Positions 33,615-45,214 of a stretch of DNA of 64,000 bases are shown here, in pieces. Both the position numbers and the translations under genes were made by a program. Each line of letters opens with the position of its first letter. Position 1 is the first letter of the stretch. Below the pieces are notes generated by a model. The model searched no databases. It saw nothing but the letters and a program-made list of their open reading frames with translations, and was not told the origin of the DNA. This DNA is from Rhynchopus sp. YZ270_cl-10 (Eukaryota), in NCBI GenBank assembly GCA_964035575.1, contig OZ037844.1, positions 1,612,001 to 1,676,000 of the forward strand, given 5' to 3'.

Positions 33615-36600
33615 ATGCCACTCCGCAACGCTTGCTTGGTTTTGCTGTTTGCCGGGTGTTGTCTTGGCGCGGACCACCCACCTGTCTGGAAGGACGCAAT
33701 ATTCGTGGCTGGGCCCATCTCTGGCGTTGTGGTGCGCAACGGGTGTGTACGCTATGGTATACCAGGGCGCATTGCACAGAGGTGCTACAACGCTGCGACA
33801 GATCTGTGGGAGGACGGCGGCTTCTTGGACATTACAGATGCAGACAACTTCGTCATCGTGGGGGACTGGACCAACACCGTGCGCATCCACCTCGCGTGGA
33901 CCACCCCCACCGCGATGGTGTACGCGAAGTTTGTCGTGAACTCGCCTACATCGCTCTTCCAGGGTATACCCTACACCATTACGGTGTCCACGGTGCAGCC
34001 CTGCCAACGCATCCTTCAGAAGGGCGACTACGCTTTTATATGTTGTGGAGATTTGCTGCATGTTGTGGACGTTAGCGGGTCGACGCCAACGTTCCAAGAG
34101 GTGTCCCTCCCAGCCGCCTGTGTCGACATGGCGCTGGACTACTCCGCACAAAAGCTGTATGTGGCCACTGCGGATAGGGTCTATGCTTACACAACGACGT
34201 CGTCGGTGCCAGGGAAGGACCCGTTGTCTGATCTGTTTGTGTCGGGTGTGGTGGGGTTGGCATATGACTGGGGTGTGAATGGGCTGTTGATGCTGGCGGA
34301 AGATGGAGGTCAGGAGGCTGTGCAGGTGTACAGTGGGTTTTCGCAAGTGGCCAGCATTCACGCACACAGCAGAGAGCGGCTTGTTGCCTTTGAGGATGAT
34401 AGCATCTTCACGTATGAGCAGGACGGTAACATGTTTATGTACACAGCGTCGTCGACAGACATTGTGAGCGAAGGGAAGCTTGCGGATGACGTCTGGGGCA
34501 AGGACGACAAAGGTGCTATGAGCGGTATGGCGGTGTTCGGAGAGTGGTACGTGCTCTACCAAGCCAATGTGCTGTGGTTCTACCGCTGTGAGGGTGGCAC
34601 GCAGGCGCCCACGGCTGAGCCCACAGCGGTGCCGCCAACAGCAGTACCGACGGCAGTGCCAACAGCCGTGCCCACAGCCGTGCCCACAGCCGTGCCCACA
34701 GCCGTGCCCACAGCAGTGCCCACAGCAGTGCCTACAGCGGTACCGACAGCAGTGCCAACAGCAGTGCCTACAGCGGTACCGACAGCAGTACCGACGGCAG
34801 CACCAACAGCAGTACCAACAGCAGTACCAACGGCAGTGCCAACAGCGGTGCCAACGGCAGTACCAACAGCAGTGCCAACAGCGGTGCCAACAGCGGTGCC
34901 AACAGCAGTGCCAACAGCAGTGCCAACAGCGGTGCCCACAGCGGTACCAACAGCAGTACCGACGGCAGCACCAACAGCAGTACCAACAGCAGTGCCTACA
35001 TCGCCACCAGCAACGCAATCACCACCCACACCGGCACCAGCCACGTCATCACCACCAACAGAGTCGCCTCCAACACCTTCGCCAGACACGTCGTCACCAC
35101 CGACGCCATCTCCGCCAACGTCTGCACCACTGACGGCGTCACCCCCGACACTGGTGCCCGCAACACCTGCACCACTGACAGCGTCGCCAACAGCGCCGAC
35201 TGCAGCACCGTTGACACCTTCGCCAGCATCAACCACTGTGCCATCAACGCTTCCGTCAACGTCTTCTTCACCACCTCTGTCGCCCGCAACGCCTGCACCG
35301 GAAACATCTTCACCGACATCGCTTACGTGGAGCCCGGGCATGCCGCCAACGTCACTACCAACATCTGCACCACGTACACCTGCACCACCTACACCATCCC
35401 CTCGAACACCTACCACATCACCCACATCACCCACATCACCCACATCACCCACATCACCCACATCACCCACAACCCCTCTGCCCGTCTTCCTCCCTGCCCC
35501 CACCACGGCCACACCTACTGCAGTACCCTCGCCGTATGCAGCACTGACCGCCACCGACACACAGGTTGCCAAGGCTGGCGACACTGCGGAGGGCGTGGGC
35601 CAGGCTGCAGGGGTAGGGGCACTGGCCGGTGCCGGTGCTGCTGCTGGCCCGGCACTGCGCCTGGCGTTGTCGGGACGGCCTTGTGTGCCAGGGTTTCTGG
35701 CGACGGAACGGCGCTACCCTCGAGCAATGAACCCTACGCAGTGGGAGGTGCTCGACTCATATGCAGCAGGGATGGTGCTGGGCAACAGCCTCATCACGCT
35801 GGCATTCTCGCTCATCATGACAGCCTTGGTCAAGGCGACGTCGTGCTTTAAGCGCTTCGAAAATATAGACACGTTGGGTCTCTGTCGGTTCCCTTCTGCA
35901 CCGCTGTTTGTGTTTCAGTTTTTATTGCAGGGAACTGCGCTGGGAGCGGCGGAGCTGGTGTTGTACCCACCTTCCACCGAAACCTTCGTGCTCGGTTTGG
36001 TGGCGATGATGATATGCATTGCGGTGCCGTGCTGGGTGCTGTGGGAGGTTTCTGTTGGGGTGCCTGAGAGAGCATTTTTCACGAGAGATTCACACACCAT
36101 TTGCCGGCCGTGGTTGAGGGCTTTTGTGGGTGGAGGGGAGTGGGTGGGTGTGTCGGCAGCACAGCGTTGGCCACGACGTTACGCATCGGTGCTGCTCCCA
36201 TATCGACAGAGGTGGGCATGCTTTGCTGTGGTCGAGATGGCCGCCAGCATCGCCATCGCAGGGATACAGGCAACTGCTCCGGATACCCCCACTGCATGTG
36301 GCCACCAGAAGCTCTGCTCTGCGCTCGTCTTCCTCATCCTGCTCCTCGCTGAGGTCTTCACCCGCCCGCAATGCCGCCCGCGAGACTGCTACCTGCTGAC
36401 GTGCCTGCTGTTGGTGCAGACGCTTGCCATGGCGTTCTTCGCAGCAGGGTACTACCTGCACGACCCAGACCACGCCACATTCGACATAGCGGCAACATTG
36501 TTGATGGCAGCAGCCGGGCTCATTATGGTCAAGGTCGTGCTCGATTTGGGAAGCGAGGTGTACGTCTTCGCTACAGGGCGACGGCTGAGGCTGCAGAAGG

Positions 36601-36893
36601 AGGTAGAGGGCGAGAGTGTGCTCCGGGTCGATTGCCCTGTCGGTGCTGTGGACACCCTAAGCACACCCGGCACACTCGCCGTCGAGGAGATGACGCTGCT
36701 GGACGTCGACCCAGGCATGCCCTTAGCAACAGGGGCATCGCTCTACGTGCCCTCGCTATCGAGCTACCCGAGCTACGTCCTCGGAGGCAGTACTGTGGGG
36801 CCACGTAGTGTTGACGGTACAGTTGAACGCACGCTGTCGGGGGGAGGCAGCAGGCTATTGCCCCAAGGGAGAGGTGGGCTCTTTCTGCTGTAG
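33615..36893 (+). CDS. Stalked multi-pass surface protein C (bodonin/DGF-1-like)
   Basis: Probable start MPLRNACLVLL at 33615; (PTAV)n stalk; [37 protein letters not shown]. Confidence 0.85.
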   Translation: MPLRNACLVLLFAGCCLGADHPPVWKDAIFVAGPISGVVVRNGCVRYGIPGRIAQRCYNAATDLWEDGGFLDITDADNFVIVGDWTNTVRIHLAWTTPTAMVYAKFVVNSPTSLFQGIPYTITVSTVQPCQRILQKGDYAFICCGDLLHVVDVSGSTPTFQEVSLPAACVDMALDYSAQKLYVATADRVYAYTTTSSVPGKDPLSDLFVSGVVGLAYDWGVNGLLMLAEDGGQEAVQVYSGFSQVASIHAHSRERLVAFEDDSIFTYEQDGNMFMYTASSTDIVSEGKLADDVWGKDDKGAMSGMAVFGEWYVLYQANVLWFYRCEGGTQAPTAEPTAVPPTAVPTAVPTAVPTAVPTAVPTAVPTAVPTAVPTAVPTAVPTAVPTAVPTAVPTAAPTAVPTAVPTAVPTAVPTAVPTAVPTAVPTAVPTAVPTAVPTAVPTAVPTAVPTAAPTAVPTAVPTSPPATQSPPTPAPATSSPPTESPPTPSPDTSSPPTPSPPTSAPLTASPPTLVPATPAPLTASPTAPTAAPLTPSPASTTVPSTLPSTSSSPPLSPATPAPETSSPTSLTWSPGMPPTSLPTSAPRTPAPPTPSPRTPTTSPTSPTSPTSPTSPTSPTTPLPVFLPAPTTATPTAVPSPYAALTATDTQVAKAGDTAEGVGQAAGVGALAGAGAAAGPALRLALSGRPCVPGFLATERRYPRAMNPTQWEVLDSYAAGMVLGNSLITLAFSLIMTALVKATSCFKRFENIDTLGLCRFPSAPLFVFQFLLQGTALGAAELVLYPPSTETFVLGLVAMMICIAVPCWVLWEVSVGVPERAFFTRDSHTICRPWLRAFVGGGEWVGVSAAQRWPRRYASVLLPYRQRWACFAVVEMAASIAIAGIQATAPDTPTACGHQKLCSALVFLILLLAEVFTRPQCRPRDCYLLTCLLLVQTLAMAFFAAGYYLHDPDHATFDIAATLLMAAAGLIMVKVVLDLGSEVYVFATGRRLRLQKEVEGESVLRVDCPVGAVDTLSTPGTLAVEEMTLLDVDPGMPLATGASLYVPSLSSYPSYVLGGSTVGPRSVDGTVERTLSGGGSRLLPQGRGGLFLL
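34620..35000 (+). repeat. Coding 12-bp repeat, (PTAV)n stalk
   Basis: About 30 tetrapeptide units in the translation. Confidence 0.9.
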
Positions 36894-39800
36894 CATTTTT
36901 TTCCTGTCCAGCGTGTGCGGTGAGGACGTTTGCACTGTTAAAAATGTCTTTCCCTGAAGGGTTTGAAATGCTTAGATAGCAGGGCTGTCTCAGGTCGACT
37001 CTTTGTTTTGTTTATTTTATCGGTGTTTTTTGTGTACGAGAGAGGTCATTTTGTTTTGCAAAGGTGACGAAGCATGAGAGGCTTCGGGTCATCTTAAAAA
37101 CTTTTCTTTTGTTTGCACATATCAACTTCACTTTGTTTTTCGCCAAGGTACACTGTCACGAGAGGGCTTTGTATTTCAAGTCAGCTCTTTGTTTTCGAGG
37201 ATGGCCGCACACCATCCTTCAATATTTTGTTCAGCTTTTCAACCCAAACCCAATAACGATCATATTTTTCTCGGAGCCGAAGACTCATTTGAGATGCGTA
37301 GAGACTAAACAAACGAAAGCATTCGGCTGTATCTTAACAAATTTTCTCTTCCTTGATTTTTTTCTCTTTTACTAACGCTTTTATTTAGTGCACCCTATTA
37401 TACCTTCTATTCAGTAGAATAGTTAGTATATGAAACAATCTTTTACTAACGCTAAAAAAAAAACGGATACAATGCCCCTCTTTTACTTCAAAGCACATTT
37501 TGTCGTGTTTTTTTTTTTGACAAAGAAAAAGAACAAACGCAGGTGACATATTTCTCGCAGCTGTTTTTTTTATTGTATTCTCGAATTGAGTCAGTACAAA
37601 AAAAATATATATATCGCCGATTTACATTTTTCTCCCCGCGTTTTGTCTCTTGGGAACACCGAAAGGACATGGAAGAAATAGAAGAAAACGGGTTACGATT
37701 ATTTTTCCGGTTTTCAAGAACAGAAAGAAAACGAAAATATTTTTGTTTTTTTTTTTTTTTGAGTCCCATCCACCCCTTCTTAAGGCCACTACATAACTTT
37801 TTGTTTCACCCCCCCACCCTCCACCCTCACTTTTAGTTCGGTGACTCAGCACGAGAGGCTTCGACCAAGAGTTACCAAGCGAAAATACGTTCATTTTTGA
37901 CCAATTTTTCTGTCTTTTTGCTTTATCGCTCTCTGCCAGACACAATCCTTAATTGGGGGTTGAGTGTCAGCCGTTTATGGTTTCTTACAAAGCGGTCCTC
38001 TGGTGGTCTATACTCTCCTAGACTTGTGCAGAAACTTTTTGTACTTCTTTTCCTGGTCTCCCTAGGAAAAGGTACGTTTTTTTTTTTTTTGCTTTTGAAA
38101 GTGACCCAAGCGTGCCCATGCGTGCCCCCTCTTTGTGTCGATGAGATGAGGAGACGTTTGCACTTTCAACGTCTCTTTTGTTGCCAGCTGGACAAGCGGT
38201 TCGTGTAAAAACATTGTGTACCGCCCCCGTTCACACTACAGTACGGGGCAAGATAATGTTTCCTTTTGCACCATCTGTTGTAGACAGCAGGGGTACTTTT
38301 GCTTTCGTCCTCGGGCTGGCATCGTACGAGGGTCAGTCGATAAACGATTCTTTTTTTTTTTTTCAAGTACGATTTTTGAACGAAACAACAACAAAAAAGC
38401 GTAGCTTTTAATATGGGGATTCGCCCCCTTCTGTCAGCCCCATAGTCATGAGGCTCTACTACACCTTGGGGGGGCCCATGGAGGGGAGGTGTGCGGGCTG
38501 TGCCCCCAAGAGGAAAAGGGAAACTGCCGCGTAAAAATAACCACGTATGTCAGCGTCACGCCTCCCTCGGTAGGTTGCAGTGAAGGGGGGAAAATACCTT
38601 TTGAACTGGTGCATTGTGTAGTCTTGCTTCTCGCACATAAGGTAACATGCTTGCAGTATTTGGCTGTCTACATGTTGCCGGTTTTTTTTCCCTCAAACAT
38701 TCACACCTCACGTTTATTTTGCATCCGATTGTTACCTGTCAAATGCTAGCTCGGTAGCGACGCCAATAACCTTCCTACCCCCTCCGTTGGAGAGGGTGTC
38801 TTGCACCTTTTTTTTTCCTTTCAAAAAAAACGAAAAAAAATTACTTCCCCATTCTGTAACCTGACGGAGGTGGACAGCAGGCAGCAGGACATCATGGCTG
38901 TTTCCATGAAACGCAGATGAGTCCACATTCTGTGTTTATTGACCATTTTCGGATGATTCAAGAGCAAAATAAGCAAAAACAAAAAACCAACACAAAAACA
39001 AAAAAAAAAAAAACGTTGCCACTGCCTCCATTCAGATGACTAGGTACGAGAGGCTTGCAGTCATTCTTATTCACAATATTTCCATTCCCCCCTCCCCTTC
39101 CCGAGTTTCCTCTGTGCAATGCATCTTATACATCGTCTTTTGTGATAGTACTCTTACTTTTGAAGCTGAACGGACGGGAGTGGACCTTACTACAGTGTAC
39201 GGTGACTTTGCTTACCCTGGTAACAAGAAAAGCAACAAGCTAATTTCACACAGAATGAAGCTTTTTGTTCCTTTTTACTCTATTCAGTAGAATAGAAAGT
39301 ATAATATTATGAAAATAACCCTTTTTGTTACCTTTGTAACTTAGGTAACTTATTACGCAAGAAGAACAATTTTTTTCTTTATTATCCATGGTAACGCAAG
39401 GTCACCGATGTACCTATTATCGCAGTAGCCAGTGTACTGTGACAGTAGCTGGGGGGGAAATACCCCACAATTCGACATTTTTAACTGTGTAGTAATGTGT
39501 AGTAATAGGTCCACACCCATGCAGGAGGGGAAGCCTTAAGGGCTTTAGTCGCCGTTCTTCAGAAGCTTTAAACATAACCCATCCCCACTCACACCCCCTG
39601 ACACTTCCCTCTGAACCCCCTAGCTCTCTTGGGCAGGACAGTGCAGTAGTGTGCTGTTCTGTTGTTATGGTTTTTGGTGACTTGCAACGTGACATCTCCA
39701 ATCTCAGCAAAGCCGGCAAAGAGCCTAGCTGAAGTGGTGGATGTTCCAGGAGTGTGGGTCCCCCATATCCACAATACACCCCGTTTTTTCGAATATCTGT

Positions 39801-40545
39801 AAGCTCACAACTCTTCAGCGGAAGGTGGGCCCTTTACGGTGCGGCCCATTAGGTTTCCTTTTTACACATTCTGTTGTTGTCTGCAGGGTATTTCTGCTTT
39901 CATCTGGTGCTGGCACGTTGGACTGCATGGTTGGGGTCCACCCCGTGCAGCCGGTCATGTACCAAGGTACACGAGTGATGAGCGGGCTGTTGTATTTCTG
40001 GCAAGTTTTTTTCCCGATGGATTGGTCGTTTTTTCGTTTCTTTTTTTTTTTTTGAAGTGTGTTATTCAATGATGTGTAATTACTGCACTGACTATCGCCA
40101 GATTACAGATTGTGCGTGTCTAGCTCTTTCGCGATGTTGTGTGCACGAGAATGCATCACTCATCCTACACATTGTTTTTTGATCGTTTTTCTTTGGACTT
40201 CACGCCCTCCACCCCTCTCACCCCTTTTTGGATGTTCCCCTGTTCATCTTTAACGTTTTTATCTGTCTTTTTTGAAAAATAATTCTGTTATTCGCGAATA
40301 CCGCCCTGCGCGGTTTTGTCCTTTTTCCTCTGGCCATCATCCTTTATTGATTGTTCTTTGATAAAACCGTTGGTAACGCTAAGTATGCCAGACTTAGATA
40401 CGACTTTACCAACTTCTCTTCACACCGTGCACGTAAACACGTTAAGCGTATTCAGGGTGGCTGGAATTTGGCCATTTTTTTTTTTTTTTGGAGTGGCTGC
40501 ATGCTTTTTTCTAAATCACGATCGCGATCGGGATTTTGGGGGAAA

Positions 40546-42513
40546 CAGTGTTTCCCACGGTGAGATTTTGGGGTGAGAAATCTCACAAAAAAAAAAAAAA
40601 AAAAAAAGGGGGCAGCAGTCTTCGGACAGGTGAGTAGCGACACCTCCCTTGCCAGCTGACAGAAGCCAAGTCGCAAATGTTTTTATACGTTTGGTTTTGT
40701 GGTTTTGAGTTCTAAGAAAAGACAAGTAGACCATGGAAAACTGTTTGATAATAGCAACAGTGGCTTAATCTCTTTACATCACGGAGGGTCTTGCACTGAC
40801 GATGTCCCCCTCTGTTACGACCAATGTATGCAGTTAGGACTGAAACATGATGTACTGAAATTTTTTTGCCAACTACTTTATTTTCTTCACGTGACCCCTT
40901 TTAACCCACCCCCTTACTCTAAAACTTTGAAGATGCAACTTTTGTGTATAAAACAGCACTTTGAATGCAAATCAATAAATAAAAGCTACTTTCTAGGGTT
41001 GAGGATGGCCTCCGTCCATACCGATTAAGTACAAAGCCTTAGGGCGACATTGTGTACAGATCCTACCTCGGTAGGTGATTGTCGATACAACAAAAAGTGA
41101 GGTGAGAAATCTCACCTGCAGGCCTTTTGCTAACTTTGGGATTTTCCCCCTGAATGGCATGATGGTCAAAAAAAAATAATTTCCTGGAAAAAAAGTACAT
41201 TCCGAGCTTTCCCACCTGGTGAAAGCGGTCGTCGCGCGCTTCGCGCGCGCCTCCCTGCCAGCCACAGGGTGGAGAGGCGAAGGGTCAGCTTTGCGAGATA
41301 ACAAAAAAACGGAATCTAATCCTTTATTAACGGCGCTTGGTCTTGCGCCTTACGTACACTAACCGTACAAAATCAATACGTCTTCCAGAAGCAGGGGCTG
41401 TTGCAACGGCTGGGTCACTTTGAACTAAAAATGGTCAAACTTTTGCAGCTTGGGTCAAATTTCATTTTTGGCTGTAAAATGTAAGTGAATCCCCTAGACA
41501 TTGTAAAATGGCACCGTAGGCAGGAAGAAAATGGCGTACAGCGCGAGCGAAGCGAGCGGAAATTTTTTTGAGGTATACCTCCGCGAGCGCAGCGAGCAGA
41601 AAAATTTTAAGGTGCCATCATGCCATCATGCCATCATGCCATCATGCCATCATGCCATCATGCCATCATGCCATCATGCCATCATGCCATCATGCCATCA
41701 TGACATCTGGGGGGAAATCCCCAGGTGATGGATAGCGAAAGCCTTGCCCCACCACCCCCCGTGGCATGATGGTGGCATGATGGAAAAAAAAATAAAAAAC
41801 GCCCAAAAACGTGGCATGATGGCATGATGGTTAGCAAAAGGCCTGCTCACCTGCAGGAAAAAAAAAAAAAAAAAATCATGGTTGAACCACGGGAGTACCA
41901 TGGGGAACTGGGTTGCTGACCGCACCATCCAGGCTGTACCTCAATTTTTTTTTGCCTGCGGCGCCATTTTCCCTTTTTTGCTCCGCAAAAAAGGGTTAGG
42001 TGTGTGACTATGTGCTGTAAAAAAGATAGATTTTTACACTGTACCCTAATTTTTTTTCGCCTGCGGCGCCATTTGTTTGATTTTTTTTTGCTCCGCAAAA
42101 ATCCCTATGTTCCCAATGTCCCTGGTCAGCAGTGCTGAGAAATTTTGGGCACAAAAACAAGCTGACCCCCCAATCTTCCAACGACAGTGACATTTATGTC
42201 AACAATTTTTAGAAATGTTGCGTACCGTGGCTTCGCTTGGGTGCCATGCCTGCCATGACTGCCATGACTGCCGTTTATTTTGTAAATGTACTGAGGTTAC
42301 TGATAATTCGTGTACCACGTGTGCCTGGTGCAAATATCAATGAAGTGCCGAACTCCGAGAAATTCTCGCATTCCGCCGGAGGCCCCCAACTTGAGCTAAG
42401 GTGGGGACGCGGGCGCGCGAAGCGCGCCCGGGCTCGCCACACCTATACAAAAACCCGCAAAACCGCAAAATCTCACCTATTTTCAGAGTTAGGTGAGATG
42501 CTGGGAAACACTG
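40546..42513. mobile_element. Nested hAT-like element
   Basis: TIR CAGTGTTTCCCA / TGGGAAACACTG; GGGGAAA repeated on both sides; subterminal GGTGAGA motifs. Confidence 0.78.
41119..41845. mobile_element. Doubly nested hAT-like MITE
   Basis: 16-bp TIR CAGGCCTTTTGCTAAC; 8-bp TSD CTCACCTG (41111-41118, 41846-41853); contains (TGCCATCA)x11 at 41613-41700. Confidence 0.88.
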
Positions 42514-43810
42514 GGGGAAAAAAAAAAAAAAAAAAAAAAAACCTGCAGTTGTGCAAATTAGTACATGTGGGTTTGGTATTTTTTCAGAAGTGGTGCCACC
42601 ACGTTCCGCAAGGAGCCCGATCTGTCAAAATAAGCACTTTTCAAAAAAAAAAAGTAGCGTACCGTGCGCCTGCGGCGCAGCTAAATTACGAGAGGTAGCC
42701 TACAGCTCTGTTGCGTACCGTGGCTTCGCCAGAATATTTCATTGTCAAAATATGGGAAGTAAAATTGATGGCAGTACTTTATTGAGGCGCCGATTTCCCG
42801 CGGTGCGCATTTTCCTGATGAGTACTTACCAACGACAGTGCCATTTTTTCTGGCAACATTTTTATAAATGTTGCGTACCGTGGCTTCGCCAGGAACCTTT
42901 CAGTGACATGACCGCCGGTTCTTACTTACTATTAATGTACTGAGGTTACTGATCAGAAGGCTGACACCACTACGACTTGTGGTTCACCCTCCCCACCCGC
43001 CCCTCGATTTTGTTCAGAGGGGAGAAAGCGCCTCACTTCGCCGCACTGGCAGGGAGTCGCGCGCGCGAAGCGCGCGCAGCGACCGCTTTTACGGGGCGAA
43101 AGCTCGGGACCCCAAATCACCCCCGTTTGGCCAAAAGGGGGATTGACTAGTGCCCTGCCCCTGCTGGAAAAATTGGAAAAATTGGAAATTTTTTGGGGAG
43201 AAAAAAAAAAAAAAAAAAAAAAGAAGAAGGCGCGAAAATCATACTTGGACCGCCCGAAATATATTTCGGGCATTTCGGGCGAATTAGGGGCGGATTTCGG
43301 GCGATTTTGTGCGCCCGAAGTCGCCCGAAAACGCCCGAAATCGCCCGAAATGCAGATTTCGGGCGAATTCGGGCGCTTTTTCCGTAGTGAAAACCGACTA
43401 GGTGGGGTTCTACTCATTTTCGCAAAAAAACTTTTTATATTTGGAAATATTTGATGCCAAATCTGTCAAAATAAGCAAGAATCGAAAACTTTTGTACACC
43501 TGAGTGCACTTTGGAGGCCCGTGAGAATCACCACCAAGTCACGGGTTTTCTGACTATCATTTGCTTATTCCTACCCAAAACACACTATGAACCGGGTTTT
43601 CACTATTTTTTCGTATTTCAGGGTGAATTTTTGTGAATTTTCGGGTCACAGGGTGGTTCTGACCCATTCTCGGGGTGTTTCGGGCCTGTAGTTGCTCAGG
43701 AGATGCCCAAAAACGTGAAAAATCGCCTTTTTACGTTTTCAGTAGTATTTTAGTGTAAATTGTTAGGGAAATCGGTTTTATACGTGGCTGCTAACAGAGC
43801 TGCACTCATA

Positions 43811-45214
43811 CAGTGTGACACAGAATTAATGGCCGATGACGACATTTTGTAAAAATTGTTATATTATTCTAAAAAATAGGCAAAATTTGACTCATTTCAT
43901 TGCATTTTCAACTGGCCGTGTATGAAAAGTGTGTGTGTGGGGAAAATATTAACATGGAAATATCCCTTTTTGGTAAAAAAGGGTGCATGTGTAAAAAAAA
44001 AAAATACAGTGTAGCAGTACAAACGAGTGGGTGCACAAAAATAAATAGAGCATGCATTAGTATTTTGTGTGCATTCCGTTGGAATTGCGAACTGCGTCTA
44101 GGCGTCGTGGCATTGACATGATGTAACGTGCAACGAAGCTATTGTCCATCTTGGACCATTCCTTGTTGATGGCACGTTTAAGTGCTGACACGTCTTTGGG
44201 CTCCCGTTCGTTGACTGCAGTCTGCAGCTTGGCCCACAGGTTCTCAATAGGATTGAGATCAGGGGAGTTGCCTGGCCAGTCAGCTTTAGGGAGGAACGAG
44301 AAAGGTTGGGAGGAGAGGAATGCTTGAGTAACGTTCGCAGTGTGGCAGGGTGCCCCATCCTGCTGAAACGTGTAGCTACTGTCAGGCAGGAGTTCTTTTA
44401 TTTCTTTGAGCGCTTTCTGTAAGACGAGCGTACGGTACTTCTCTGCATTGAGAGCACCGTCATAGAAATAGAGCTTCGTCTTACCTCTGGTGGTGATTCC
44501 TCCCCAGACGTGAACCTTCTGCGTAGCCCTGACCTTATCAACGGTTGGGGGCGGCTCATCACCATCTGCAACCCAGACAACATCGTTCTTCTTGCTCACC
44601 CGAGAAAAAAGCCAAAAGTCTTTTTCATCGGTGAACATCACCTTTGACCAGTCGGTGTTTCGATGCGTTTCAGCAAACTCTATCCGGGCAGTGATGTTCT
44701 TTTCCGAGAGCTTTGGTTTGCTCTTCGTTTGAACGGGCTTCAGCCCCTTCTCCTTCAGGCACCTGCGGACACTCTCCCTCGAAATCTGTAGTCGCGACGC
44801 TACTTTCCTGCAAGACTGAAACCGCTTGCCCCGCATGTGTCTAACCACCCTATTCTTAACGGTGTCGGTGGTGGCCGATCTCTTGCGTCCCCTCCCTGGC
44901 TTGTCCGAAAAATTCCGCTCTCCAGCGCGGTACTCCTTCACCCACCTACCCAAACTCCTCTTCGCAACGTTCAGCAACTCCGCCACCTCATCATGGCTCT
45001 TACCGCCAACAACGACTAGCGACGCTGCCTGTAGGCGCAACCCTTCCCTCGTGGCCTCAGTGTTCACTTTACCCTTAACCATTATATTTTTGCTTTTATT
45101 GTGTTCCTGGGCGTAAATATTTTATGTTTTGGGGGTGTTTTGAATATGTCCTTGTCAAAATTTGCCGTTTTTTTATAAAATGTCTTCATCGGCCATTAAT
45201 TCTGTGTCACACTG
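43811..45214 (-). mobile_element. Complete Tc1/mariner-superfamily transposon (DD37E type), 1404 bp
   Basis: TIR CAGTGTGACACAGAATTAATGGCCGATGA.GACATTTT at both ends; TA duplicated (43809-43810, 45215-45216). Confidence 0.95.
44057..45082 (-). CDS. Tc1-like transposase, DD37E
   Basis: 341 aa; two HTH regions and GRGRK linker; MFTDE, VWGGI, FQQDGAPCH, WPGNSPDLNPIENLW; 37 residues between the second D and the E. Confidence 0.95.
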   Translation of the reverse strand: MVKGKVNTEATREGLRLQAASLVVVGGKSHDEVAELLNVAKRSLGRWVKEYRAGERNFSDKPGRGRKRSATTDTVKNRVVRHMRGKRFQSCRKVASRLQISRESVRRCLKEKGLKPVQTKSKPKLSEKNITARIEFAETHRNTDWSKVMFTDEKDFWLFSRVSKKNDVVWVADGDEPPPTVDKVRATQKVHVWGGITTRGKTKLYFYDGALNAEKYRTLVLQKALKEIKELLPDSSYTFQQDGAPCHTANVTQAFLSSQPFSFLPKADWPGNSPDLNPIENLWAKLQTAVNEREPKDVSALKRAINKEWSKMDNSFVARYIMSMPRRLDAVRNSNGMHTKY

